The notes: a model not told the origin generated them from the sequence alone. A stretch of 64,000 nt of DNA from a bacterium (GCA_024275575.1 JAJRYV010000132.1:17-64016), one strand, 5' to 3'. Counted from the stretch's first letter, positions 35,568 to 44,357 are shown. Made by a program: numbers and translations.

Positions 35568-38030
35568 ATGATGCAAGATCTGAAAATTCTCGTTGTAGAT
35601 GCCGACCCGAAAAATCTGCAAATCCTGAAAGAATCTTTCGAAGCCGCCGGCTTTGCCATCGATACTGCTATCGATGGCGAAAAAGCCTGGCAAATTCTCG
35701 ATTCATCCCTGCCGGATCTCATCCTTTCTGAAGTCAATTTACCCGAACATGACGGCTTTCAATTCTTACAGAAATTGAAGCAAAATCCTGCCACTGCACA
35801 AATCCCCGTTGTTTTTCTCACCAACAGACGTGATTTGCAGGACAGAGTCCGTTCGCTGCGCGGTGGTGTAAAAGATTACCTCATCAAACCTGTTCACGTA
35901 AAAGAAGTCATCGCTCGCATCCGTATGATTCTACGACGGCTTGAAAGGGTGAAAAATGAAGAGCAGGATGCTGTCAATAAAGTGGTCGGCAGGCTGGAAG
36001 AATCCGGCGTCATCGAACTCATCGAAAATTTTGGTGTTGAGCGACGCAGTGGCATTTTGAATATTTATAACGAAAACAATAAAAATGGCGAAATCCACTT
36101 CCGTGGCGGCAGTATCGTCTACGCCTCTCTTGGCATGCTCAAAGCCGAAAAAGCAATTTATCAAATGCTACCTTGGAAATGTGGTCATTACATCATCACA
36201 TTCAAAGAAGTGAATACCGCTGATTCCATTTCAGTGAGCAATCTCGGTCTGCTGTTGCAGGGTTTCAAACGTCTTGAAGAGCGTGAACGGCTGATTAAAC
36301 AACTACCGTCTCTCGAAACGACCTTCGTGCTTTCCAAGCCGTTTCAGCAAATTATTTCCCGCAAAGAGCTGGCAGGCGACGTCGCAAAATTTCTCAACCT
36401 GATCAACGGCAAGCGAGATATTCAGCAAATCATCGACGAAAGTATTTACGAGGACATCAAATCGCTCGAACGTTTAGTCAAACTTTCAAGCCAGGGATTC
36501 ATCATTCCCGGCAGCGGCCAGGAGGATGAAACGCCGCAAATAAAAATCAGCGGCACCGGCGAGCCTGAGCCGATCAAGGAATTGCCGCTTCCCGAACATG
36601 TCACCGAATCGCTGAAAAACCCGGAAATGAAAACGGAAAAGGCAAAATCACCTGAAAATCCCCACACTGTTCAACCACCGACAGACGATGACAGGCACTT
36701 GCCGGATTCCGTTGATCAACGGCCATTGGCCAAACCGGTTTTGAACGAACCGGATAAATATGTTGAAGACGATGATTTCTCGGCAAAAATCGATGACAAC
36801 GCTGCGGCAGAAACAAGAGAAATGCGCATTCCATCAAAGCCACCGAAAAATTTTCCGTTATTAAATGGTTTCGATTCTGATAAAGAGGAAGAGCAAACAG
36901 ATGATTTCCCGGCTGCTTCCGAAGAACCGGGAACGGATGCCCCGCCCATGCCCATGGAATTGAAAGGTTTTGCGCCGGATACTGATATCTTTGAAATCAT
37001 TCAGGAATTGAAAAAAGACCGCGAGCTTTCCGCCGCAACAGCAAAAGCAGCCGCTGACGAAGAGCTACACCGCATCGAACCGCAAGTCAACGGCAATGGA
37101 CACGCGAAAGAAAAACCGGAACTGCCCTCCCCCCATCCTGAACCGGCGAAAGAAAACCTCCCCGGCGAACCATTACCGCCGGATATTGCTTTTTCATTTC
37201 CCAGGCGCAATTATGGATTTACTTTTGCCGATGAAAAAGATGGTGATTCAGGTCAAATTTTATTTGATAAAGATAAATCCACACCATCCGCCGAAGATAT
37301 GCCGGATGGTATCAATGCTGATCTGAATTTATTATCAAACAAATCAGAAATAGACGAATTATCATTCGAACCCGTGGAAAAGCAACCGGCTGAAAGCGGC
37401 AAAGATAAGACGCAGTCCGCACTGTCGATTTTTCCAAACGAGGAAACCGGACCCGAAATAAATGCCGATGATGCCAAATCATTAAACCAGGTATTTCTTG
37501 AATATTTGCCTTTTGCAGAAAATCAACCGGGCACATTTGTCGTCATCGGTGCGACACAAAAAAGCGCTGATCATCTCATTCGAAAAATGTCTAAAGTGAC
37601 TATTCTCCCCTCCGGAGCGGAGAATAGTTTAAGCGTTGGGACGATTGCATTGAACAGCAATCGCTCCTTTAAATTGCTCGCCGTTTCCATGGAGCAACAA
37701 TTCACTCAAATTCTCAACGGTATCCACGATAACCTGACCGGTTTTTTGCTGTTGTTCAATGCAAACGATAAAAGCCGGATAGAATATCTGAGTTATTTGT
37801 ATAATTCACTCAATAAAAAATTTAAATTACCTTCAGGGATCGCAGTTATCGAAGAATCCGACAGTAAATCCCTGGCGCCATCCACGGTTCGAGACCTCAT
37901 CAATGCTGATGAGAGCTATTTTATCACCACTCTCAATCCGGCTCATCTCCAGAATGTAACCGCATTCTTGACAGAAATGCTGCAGCATTATGCGGCACAA
38001 AAAGATCGCGAAAAGCATGAACTGGAATAA
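35568..38030 (+). CDS. Atypical response regulator: receiver with Glu at the acceptor position + DUF4388/PATAN-like domain + ~330-aa acidic/Pro-rich linker + degenerate small-GTPase-like C-terminal domain
   Basis: Numbering is from the ORF-track start at 35547.
- REC: ILVVDAD...PDLILSEVNLPEHDG...VVFLTN...IKP, with GAA at 35730-35732 where the phospho-Asp is expected.
- PATAN-like (~35985-36506): GRLEESGVIELIENFGVERRSGILNIY...GEIHFRGGSIVYA.
- Low-complexity D/E/P/K region: ~36507-37511.
- C-terminal alternating beta/alpha pattern (37530-38027): FVVIGATQKSADHL...FKLLAVSMEQQ...GFLLLFNANDKSRIE...GIAVIEESD. Confidence 0.75.
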   Translation: MMQDLKILVVDADPKNLQILKESFEAAGFAIDTAIDGEKAWQILDSSLPDLILSEVNLPEHDGFQFLQKLKQNPATAQIPVVFLTNRRDLQDRVRSLRGGVKDYLIKPVHVKEVIARIRMILRRLERVKNEEQDAVNKVVGRLEESGVIELIENFGVERRSGILNIYNENNKNGEIHFRGGSIVYASLGMLKAEKAIYQMLPWKCGHYIITFKEVNTADSISVSNLGLLLQGFKRLEERERLIKQLPSLETTFVLSKPFQQIISRKELAGDVAKFLNLINGKRDIQQIIDESIYEDIKSLERLVKLSSQGFIIPGSGQEDETPQIKISGTGEPEPIKELPLPEHVTESLKNPEMKTEKAKSPENPHTVQPPTDDDRHLPDSVDQRPLAKPVLNEPDKYVEDDDFSAKIDDNAAAETREMRIPSKPPKNFPLLNGFDSDKEEEQTDDFPAASEEPGTDAPPMPMELKGFAPDTDIFEIIQELKKDRELSAATAKAAADEELHRIEPQVNGNGHAKEKPELPSPHPEPAKENLPGEPLPPDIAFSFPRRNYGFTFADEKDGDSGQILFDKDKSTPSAEDMPDGINADLNLLSNKSEIDELSFEPVEKQPAESGKDKTQSALSIFPNEETGPEINADDAKSLNQVFLEYLPFAENQPGTFVVIGATQKSADHLIRKMSKVTILPSGAENSLSVGTIALNSNRSFKLLAVSMEQQFTQILNGIHDNLTGFLLLFNANDKSRIEYLSYLYNSLNKKFKLPSGIAVIEESDSKSLAPSTVRDLINADESYFITTLNPAHLQNVTAFLTEMLQHYAAQKDREKHELE

Positions 38031-38052
38031 TTGACATTAACCGACGCGGCGC

Positions 38053-39270
38053 ATGATACGCAAAAAAATTTTTATTGCAGACAATTTCGAACACGAGATC
38101 AGCGAACTGCGCAGCTCCTTAAATGCCGCTGGTTTCGAGGTGCGTATCGTTGCAACCGCTGATAAAATAATGCCTGTAATGCTGCAAGTAAAACCACATT
38201 TAATCATCATTGAAACGCGTATTCCTGATCTTAATTTAAAATCACTACTTGGGCAAATCAAGGAACAGAGTGAATTTACCTTCACGCCTATCGTGCTCAC
38301 CGGTACACCGCGTACGATCGATGAAAAAGTGGAGCTGTTTAAATTCGACATCGATGAATTTATCAGCAAACCGCACGAACCGGAAGAAACGATTGTGCGC
38401 CTGGAAACACTGTTAAAAGAAGCTGAACTGGCACGGCAAAAAGTGCCGGTTACAACAGGCGGTTTTAATGGTTCCCTCGCTGAAATGACGCTCGTCGACT
38501 TGCTGCAGACCCTCGATGTCGGTAAAAAAACCGGTGTGATCACTCTGCGCAACGATGGTAAAGAAGGTTTAACCTATGTGAATAATGGTGAAGTCGTTAA
38601 TGCAGCTCTCGAAAATCTTGAAGCCAAACAGGCGCTATTGCGCATGTTCACCTGGACGCACGGCATGTTTTCCGTAAACATGAAAGCGCATAACGTTGAA
38701 AAACAGATATTTATGACAACACAGGAACTCATTTCTGAAGGAATAACACGGCAATACCGCTGGAAAAAACTATCCGGTGACATGCCCCCATTGCAGACGG
38801 TGGCACAAAAAATAACTCCGTTATTGTTAGATTTGAATAAGGATGAAATCCTCATTGCCGAGATGATTGACGACAAATCGCGCCTTATCGATATCATCGA
38901 AAGGAGCCCCTTCGATGACATTAAAGCACTGCGGATTTTAAAAAAGCTCTATGAGCGATCGGTGATCAAAGGTATCGAAAATTCGTTTAATAAAACCAGA
39001 GATGAAGCGGCATCTTTACTCGATTACACCACAACTTCACAACCGCCAGGGCGAATTGAGAATGCCTTTGCAAAAATTTTGAAGCATACGACTGAATCTC
39101 TTACCATGCCGAACTTCGACCGGCGGAAATCAGACCGCCGTATGGAGAACCGGACAGAAACCGACAGACGGCATGGCTATCGCTCGCACCCGGGCAATAT
39201 TTGCCTGAAAAAAAGCGAGCTAATCATGCTGCGCAATAAATTAATCGCTGAAATTCAACACTCATCTTAA
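38053..39270 (+). CDS. Atypical response regulator: receiver with Glu at the acceptor position + DUF4388/PATAN-like domain + Arg-rich tail
   Basis: The REC-like N-terminus is IFIADNFE...PHLIIIETRIPDLN...IVLTG...ISKP, with GAA at 38212-38214 at the acceptor position. The PATAN-like block (~38458-38976) is GSLAEMTLVDLLQTLDVGKKTGVITLRNDGKEGLTYVNNGEVVNAA. The tail is RRKSDRRMENRTETDRRHGYRSH. It is a paralogue of the preceding gene. Confidence 0.75.
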   Translation: MIRKKIFIADNFEHEISELRSSLNAAGFEVRIVATADKIMPVMLQVKPHLIIIETRIPDLNLKSLLGQIKEQSEFTFTPIVLTGTPRTIDEKVELFKFDIDEFISKPHEPEETIVRLETLLKEAELARQKVPVTTGGFNGSLAEMTLVDLLQTLDVGKKTGVITLRNDGKEGLTYVNNGEVVNAALENLEAKQALLRMFTWTHGMFSVNMKAHNVEKQIFMTTQELISEGITRQYRWKKLSGDMPPLQTVAQKITPLLLDLNKDEILIAEMIDDKSRLIDIIERSPFDDIKALRILKKLYERSVIKGIENSFNKTRDEAASLLDYTTTSQPPGRIENAFAKILKHTTESLTMPNFDRRKSDRRMENRTETDRRHGYRSHPGNICLKKSELIMLRNKLIAEIQHSS

Positions 39271-39282
39271 ACGGTTGCAGGA

Positions 39283-39756
39283 ATGCGAATCGGAGAAATC
39301 GCCGTTGTCGGCGCTGATGACGAGGACAGGAACCAATTTCTCAAGTCAATATGCGGCCCTGTCGAGACGATAAACCAAAATATCAGTTTCGGCAGGTATC
39401 GGATCAATGAGCAATTGCTGATCCATTTTTACGGGATATATCCGCAGGATGACCAGTTATCCCTCGACCTGATTTCACGGAAACTATTAGGCTATATCGT
39501 TCTTTTTCGCTGGGGAAATGTCAATTCATTTCGCCAGGCGCAGAAATTTGTCGATACATTCACACAGCGCTATGGTGCCAACGTCGTTGTCGCCGGCCAG
39601 GTTGAAAACAGCCAACCGCGTATGCCGAAAGAATTCGAATCCGGCATCCCCATCGACAAACAAGGCGTTTTTGCTTTTTGTGACATCAACGAGGGTAAGA
39701 GTGTGCGCAAAGTAATACTGGCTCTTGTTGATCAAATCATCGATCAGACAAAATAA
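39283..39756 (+). CDS. Small Ras/MglA-sized protein with degenerate nucleotide-binding motifs (putative pseudo-GTPase)
   Basis: 157-aa ORF 13 nt after the previous stop. The beta1-loop reads EIAVVGADDEDRNQF where GxxxxGK[ST] is expected. LLIHFYGIY sits where DxxG is expected, VVVAGQVEN where NKxD is expected, and AFCDINEGKSV where SAK is expected. The fold assignment is inferred from the secondary-structure-like pattern only. Confidence 0.45.
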   Translation: MRIGEIAVVGADDEDRNQFLKSICGPVETINQNISFGRYRINEQLLIHFYGIYPQDDQLSLDLISRKLLGYIVLFRWGNVNSFRQAQKFVDTFTQRYGANVVVAGQVENSQPRMPKEFESGIPIDKQGVFAFCDINEGKSVRKVILALVDQIIDQTK

Positions 39757-39813
39757 GTTTTAGCCCCCACATTTTATTCCCCTGTTTTATCATTTTTTTA
39801 ATGGAGCATAACC

Positions 39814-41184
39814 ATGCAAGCCCAAATTTTGCCGTCGATTCTCGAAGCAATCGGCTCGACCCCGCTCGTGCAGTTGAATAAAGTCACAGGAGATATCAAA
39901 GCCCGGGTTTTGGCAAAAGTGGAATATTTCAACCCCGGTGGTTCGGTGAAAGATCGCATCGCCATGCGCATGATCGAAGCAGCCGAAAAAAACGGCACGT
40001 TGAAACCGGGTGGCACGATCGTCGAAGCCACCTCGGGAAATACCGGCGCCGGACTGGCGATTATCGCTGCAGTGAAAGGCTACAAAGCGATATTCACGAT
40101 GGCGGATAAAATGAGCAACGAAAAAATCCGTTTGCTCAAAGCCTACGGCGCAGACGTCATCGTTTGCCCGACTGCAGTGCCCGCCGATTCACCAAAAAGT
40201 TACTACTCGGTTGCCAAAAAAATCGTTCAGGAAACGCCGAATGCCATTCTTGCCAATCAGTATTTCAATCCGAAAAATCCCGAGGCCCACTATTGGAGCA
40301 CCGGCCCGGAAATCTGGCAACAGACCGGTGGTAAAATCGATTATTTTGTTGCCGGTATCGGCACCGGCGGCACGATCAGTGGCACGGCAAAATATCTGAA
40401 AGAACAAAATCCGCATATTAAAATAATTGGCGCCGACCCTGACGGCTCCATTTTAAAAGATTATTTTTACACCAAAAAAATCGTCAAAGATCATCCTTAT
40501 AAAGTCGAAGGCGTGGGTGAAGATATTTTACCCGGCACTCTTGATTTCAGCCAGATCGATGAGGTGATCATGAAAAATGACAAGCAATGTTTTCAGGCCG
40601 CGCGCAAACTCGCGCGCCTCGAAGGCATTTTCACCGGCGGTTCAGCCGGCCTCGCACTGGCCGTTGCCCTGGATGTCGCTGCAGAACTGGCGGCGGATAA
40701 AACCGTCGTCGTTTTGCTGCCGGATACCGGTGAACGTTATCTTTCAAAATTTTATAATGATGAATGGATGCGCGAAAACCGTTTTCTCGATATTGTCGAA
40801 TCCACAGTCGGTGAAATTCTCGACGTCAAACCCGGCACGCTTTCCCCTGTTTTGAGCGTGTCCAGCGAGACCAGCATTCGGGATGCGTTGAAAATCATGA
40901 ACCAGAACAATGTATCACAACTACCCGTCGTCGATACCGGAGAATCCACCGGCAGCATCGAAGAAGGCCAGCTGATGGCAAAACTTTTTGAAAATCAGGA
41001 ACGCATCGACGGATTAGTACGCGAGGTGATGGAAAAACCCTTTCCCATGCTTTCGGTATACGACCGGCTGGAAAAGGCAAAAGCACTTTTTGCCAAAAAA
41101 TATCCGGCGATTCTCGTTGAACAAAACGGTGAAATCCGCGGCATCATCACCAAATCGGATATCATTTCCTTCATCGCAACTTAA
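39814..41184 (+). CDS. Cystathionine beta-synthase (PLP domain + tandem CBS domains)
   Basis: NPGGSVKDRIA (PLP Lys), TSGNTGAGLA and GIGTGGTISG. The C-terminal CBS pair includes VSQLPVVD and GIITKSDII. Confidence 0.85.
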   Translation: MQAQILPSILEAIGSTPLVQLNKVTGDIKARVLAKVEYFNPGGSVKDRIAMRMIEAAEKNGTLKPGGTIVEATSGNTGAGLAIIAAVKGYKAIFTMADKMSNEKIRLLKAYGADVIVCPTAVPADSPKSYYSVAKKIVQETPNAILANQYFNPKNPEAHYWSTGPEIWQQTGGKIDYFVAGIGTGGTISGTAKYLKEQNPHIKIIGADPDGSILKDYFYTKKIVKDHPYKVEGVGEDILPGTLDFSQIDEVIMKNDKQCFQAARKLARLEGIFTGGSAGLALAVALDVAAELAADKTVVVLLPDTGERYLSKFYNDEWMRENRFLDIVESTVGEILDVKPGTLSPVLSVSSETSIRDALKIMNQNNVSQLPVVDTGESTGSIEEGQLMAKLFENQERIDGLVREVMEKPFPMLSVYDRLEKAKALFAKKYPAILVEQNGEIRGIITKSDIISFIAT

Positions 41185-41275
41185 AAAATTTATTGGCGCC
41201 GAAGCTGGCGGTAAACAGGATTTCCATCGTGAATTTAAATGATAGTTTTTTACACCTATGCAGGAGCCACTACAG

Positions 41276-42433
41276 ATGAAATTTGCAACAGCAGCGATAC
41301 ATGCGGGGCAGGAAAAAGAACCGCGCACTGGCGCCGTCATTCCACCGATCTTTCAAAACTCGACCTATGCCCAGACCGCTCCGGGTGAACACACCGGATA
41401 TGAATACGGCCGTACGCAAAACCCGACGCGCGAGGCGATGGAAAAAAACATTGCCGCGCTGGAAAGCGGTACACACGGTTTTGCTTTTAGCAGCGGCCTG
41501 GCGGCAATCTCGACGATTTCCCAGCTTTTCCAGCAAGGTGATCACATCATCGCTACGGAAAATGTTTACGGCGGCACCTATCGCTACTTCACCCAGGTCA
41601 TAGGGAAATTCGGCCTCAATTTCAGTTGGGTCGATACCAGCGATCTGCAAAATATTAAAAATGCCCTCACGACGACGACGAAAATGATCTTTATCGAAAC
41701 GCCGACCAATCCGATGCTCGTGCTGTCCGATCTCGCCGACATCGCGATATTCTGCCGCGAGCAGCAGATTTTGCTGGCGGTGGATAATACATTCCTCAGC
41801 CCTTATTTCCAAAGACCGCTGGAATTGGGTGCCGACATCGTGGTGCACAGTACGACAAAATACCTCAACGGCCACAGCGATGTTATCGGCGGCATCATCG
41901 TTGTAAAAGATGAAACTTTGGCGGAAAAATTTTCTTTTCTGCAAAATTCCGTCGGCGCTGTGCCCGGTCCGTTCGATGCCTGGCTGGTCCTGCGATCGTT
42001 AAAAACACTACCGTTGCGCATGCAGGCGCACGCAAAAAATGCCGGCAAAATTGCGGCTTTTCTCAGCGACCATCCGGCGTTTGAAACCGTTTCCTATCCC
42101 GATTTACCGTCACATCCACAGTATGAACTGGCACAAAAACAGCATCGCAGCAGCGACGGCAAATCCGGCTCCGCAGGCATGGTCACCTGTATCGTTGACT
42201 CCTTCGAAAAGGCACAGAATATTCTGTGCAAACTCAGGATTTTTACGCTGGCGGAAAGCCTGGGCGGCGTCGAAAGCCTCGTCTGCCATCCGGCATCCAT
42301 GACCCATGCCAGCGTACCGCCTGAAATGCGCGCCAAAATCGGCCTGAGTGACGGTCTCATTCGCTTCTCCGTCGGCGTCGAAGACGCCGATGATTTGCTG
42401 CAGGATATCGCACAGGCCCTGGAAGGTGTCTGA
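41276..42433 (+). CDS. Cystathionine gamma-lyase/gamma-synthase family PLP enzyme
   Basis: AGGAG precedes ATG 41276. AIHAGQ, YGRTQNPTREA, VDNTFLSPY, HSTTKYLNGHSD (PLP Lys) and GGVESL...HPASMTHA are present. Confidence 0.85.
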   Translation: MKFATAAIHAGQEKEPRTGAVIPPIFQNSTYAQTAPGEHTGYEYGRTQNPTREAMEKNIAALESGTHGFAFSSGLAAISTISQLFQQGDHIIATENVYGGTYRYFTQVIGKFGLNFSWVDTSDLQNIKNALTTTTKMIFIETPTNPMLVLSDLADIAIFCREQQILLAVDNTFLSPYFQRPLELGADIVVHSTTKYLNGHSDVIGGIIVVKDETLAEKFSFLQNSVGAVPGPFDAWLVLRSLKTLPLRMQAHAKNAGKIAAFLSDHPAFETVSYPDLPSHPQYELAQKQHRSSDGKSGSAGMVTCIVDSFEKAQNILCKLRIFTLAESLGGVESLVCHPASMTHASVPPEMRAKIGLSDGLIRFSVGVEDADDLLQDIAQALEGV

Positions 42434-43356
42434 TGCGGCGCATTTTTGACCATGCGTTTTTGATATACATTTTCATTACAACAGGGGCGATAGCACAACA
42501 AAGCCCCTGGAAAAGCATCGACAGCGAATCCTTTCGTGTTTTTTTTCAAATGCGGGATTCGCTTAATGCGATTAAAATTCAGCAAATTCTCGCCGAAAAT
42601 TTCTTTTCCATCAACTACGAAATCAAAGCGGAACTCACCAGCCCGGTACAGGTTTTTATCGCACCGACAAAATCGGGATTTCAACATCTAACCCGATCTG
42701 CTTTGCCCCACTGGAGTGAGGCCGTTGCCATTCCTTCGCAGCAAAAAATCATCGTCAAATCTCCTCGCTGGCATCGATCGAGCCAGCAACTGCAAACGAT
42801 ACTCAGCCACGAACTGGTGCATGTTTTAGTTGGCATTGCGACCGGGCACAACCGACTGCCACGCTGGTTTAATGAGGGCCTGGCGATTTACGTCTCCGGC
42901 GATTTGCGCTACATCGAGGGGAAAGAATTGCCCAATTCCGTCACTTCAGGACAGCTACTGAAACTCAAAGAAATCGATGCGGTGCTTTCGTTCCAGCAAT
43001 TGCAGGCGAGACTCGCATATCAAGAATCCTTCGCAGCAATCAAATATATTGTCGATACTTATAGCCACACCTCACTGCCGAAGCTGCTGCAAAACACCGC
43101 AGACCTGAAAGATTTCCGGCGTGGATTTTTTAAAACTTTTGGCTTTTCGACCGGTCAGTTTGAGCGGGAATTTTTCCAGTATCTGGAAGAAAAATACAAA
43201 TATTCCTTCTTTCTCGATTTTGAAACCTGGCTCTGGGCAGGCATGCTGCTGTTATTCTTTCTTGCTGTAGCCATTAAAAAATATCACAACCGGAAAAAAA
43301 TCCGGCAATGGCAGGAAGACCCGCAGGAATGGTCGGCCGAAGATGAAAATTGGTAA
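42433..43356 (+). CDS. Peptidase MA-like zinc metalloprotease with C-terminal TM anchor
   Basis: ATG overlaps the upstream TGA. HELVHV (HExxH) and the downstream FNEGLAIY third-ligand motif are present. A TM segment lies near the C-terminus (WLWAGMLLLFFLAVAI). Confidence 0.55.
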   Translation: MRRIFDHAFLIYIFITTGAIAQQSPWKSIDSESFRVFFQMRDSLNAIKIQQILAENFFSINYEIKAELTSPVQVFIAPTKSGFQHLTRSALPHWSEAVAIPSQQKIIVKSPRWHRSSQQLQTILSHELVHVLVGIATGHNRLPRWFNEGLAIYVSGDLRYIEGKELPNSVTSGQLLKLKEIDAVLSFQQLQARLAYQESFAAIKYIVDTYSHTSLPKLLQNTADLKDFRRGFFKTFGFSTGQFEREFFQYLEEKYKYSFFLDFETWLWAGMLLLFFLAVAIKKYHNRKKIRQWQEDPQEWSAEDENW

Positions 43357-43404
43357 AAAATCCATTGCATCGTCATGCTAATCATCGTATTTTTTCGCCC
43401 AATT

Positions 43405-44301
43405 ATGAAAACGATAACATACTACCTCGAATATCTTGCTACCCGTTTTTTAACCGCCATTGCAGCACGACTGCCGCTCAGCCTGGCACGTAAAACCGGG
43501 CGAGGCCTGGGCTGCTTTTTTTTTGATGTTGTGAAAATCCGCCGTTGCCACACGATCAATAACTTAACTCACGCTTTCCCGCAAAAATCCACCGTAGAAA
43601 TTGAAAACCTGGGCCGACGAACGTATGAGAATATCGGCATGAGCATGTTCGAATATCTACACCTCGTCGCAACCGGAAAAGATGGATTCTCGAAACTGGT
43701 GCATGTTCATAACGCTGTTTTGCTCGATACCGCACTGCGGGCAGGCAAAGGTGCCATTCTCCTGACGGCACATTTCGGCGGCTGGGAAACTGCTGCGGCA
43801 TGGTTATCGATCAACGGTTATCCTGTTACTTTTATGTACAAAAAACCGAAAAACCCCTATATCGACAGACTGGTTTTGCAAAAGCGGCAATCGTGTGGCA
43901 TGAAGATGGTGGAACGTAGCCTCGGTATTCGCACCTATCTGCAAGCGCTGAGAGCCGGCGAATTTACTTGCCTGCTCGCCGATCAGGATGGTGGCAGAAA
44001 AGGCATTTTCCTCGATTTTATGGCAAGGCCGGCATCGACACCGGTGGGCCCGGCTGTTTTTGCGCACAAAACCGGCGCACCGATCATCTTTTTCATTCTC
44101 CATCGGGATGAGCAAAACAACCTGCATCTGCATTTTGAACAACTAGACTACAATATCGATAACCTCGAAAAGGCAGACGCTGTGCGCACAGTCGCGACGG
44201 CCTATACACGCCATCTGGAAAGCTGGATCAGGACTTATCCCGACCAGTGGTTCTGGATGCACCGACGTTGGATGACCAAAGAGAAAAAACAAAAACCATG
44301 A
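43405..44301 (+). CDS. Lipid A biosynthesis (LpxL/HtrB-type) late acyltransferase family protein
   Basis: MKTITYYLEYLATRFL..., AHFGGWE (the catalytic HX4E/D-type motif of the LpxL family), ADQD and YPDQWFWMHRRW. Confidence 0.7.
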   Translation: MKTITYYLEYLATRFLTAIAARLPLSLARKTGRGLGCFFFDVVKIRRCHTINNLTHAFPQKSTVEIENLGRRTYENIGMSMFEYLHLVATGKDGFSKLVHVHNAVLLDTALRAGKGAILLTAHFGGWETAAAWLSINGYPVTFMYKKPKNPYIDRLVLQKRQSCGMKMVERSLGIRTYLQALRAGEFTCLLADQDGGRKGIFLDFMARPASTPVGPAVFAHKTGAPIIFFILHRDEQNNLHLHFEQLDYNIDNLEKADAVRTVATAYTRHLESWIRTYPDQWFWMHRRWMTKEKKQKP

Positions 44302-44357
44302 CTTGATGAAAAAAGTCTCTCGCCTGTCAACCTTTGAATTACACAGCAGTCAACAAG

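Noticed and set aside
36507-37511. Possible DNA-level tandem repeat underlying the acidic/Pro-rich linker.
   Set aside because: No periodic nucleotide repeat is visible. The low complexity is compositional only.
38037-38552. 171-aa minus-strand ORF overlapping the start of the 405-aa REC-PATAN gene.
   Set aside because: It is an antisense shadow of a well-supported plus-strand gene, and its composition is Ser/Arg/Ile-rich and non-protein-like.
41270-42687. Long antisense ORFs (224 aa and 197 aa) opposite the cystathionine gamma-lyase and peptidase MA genes.
   Set aside because: The plus-strand frames carry unmistakable PLP-enzyme and HExxH motifs. The antisense translations have no recognisable features and look like typical shadow frames.
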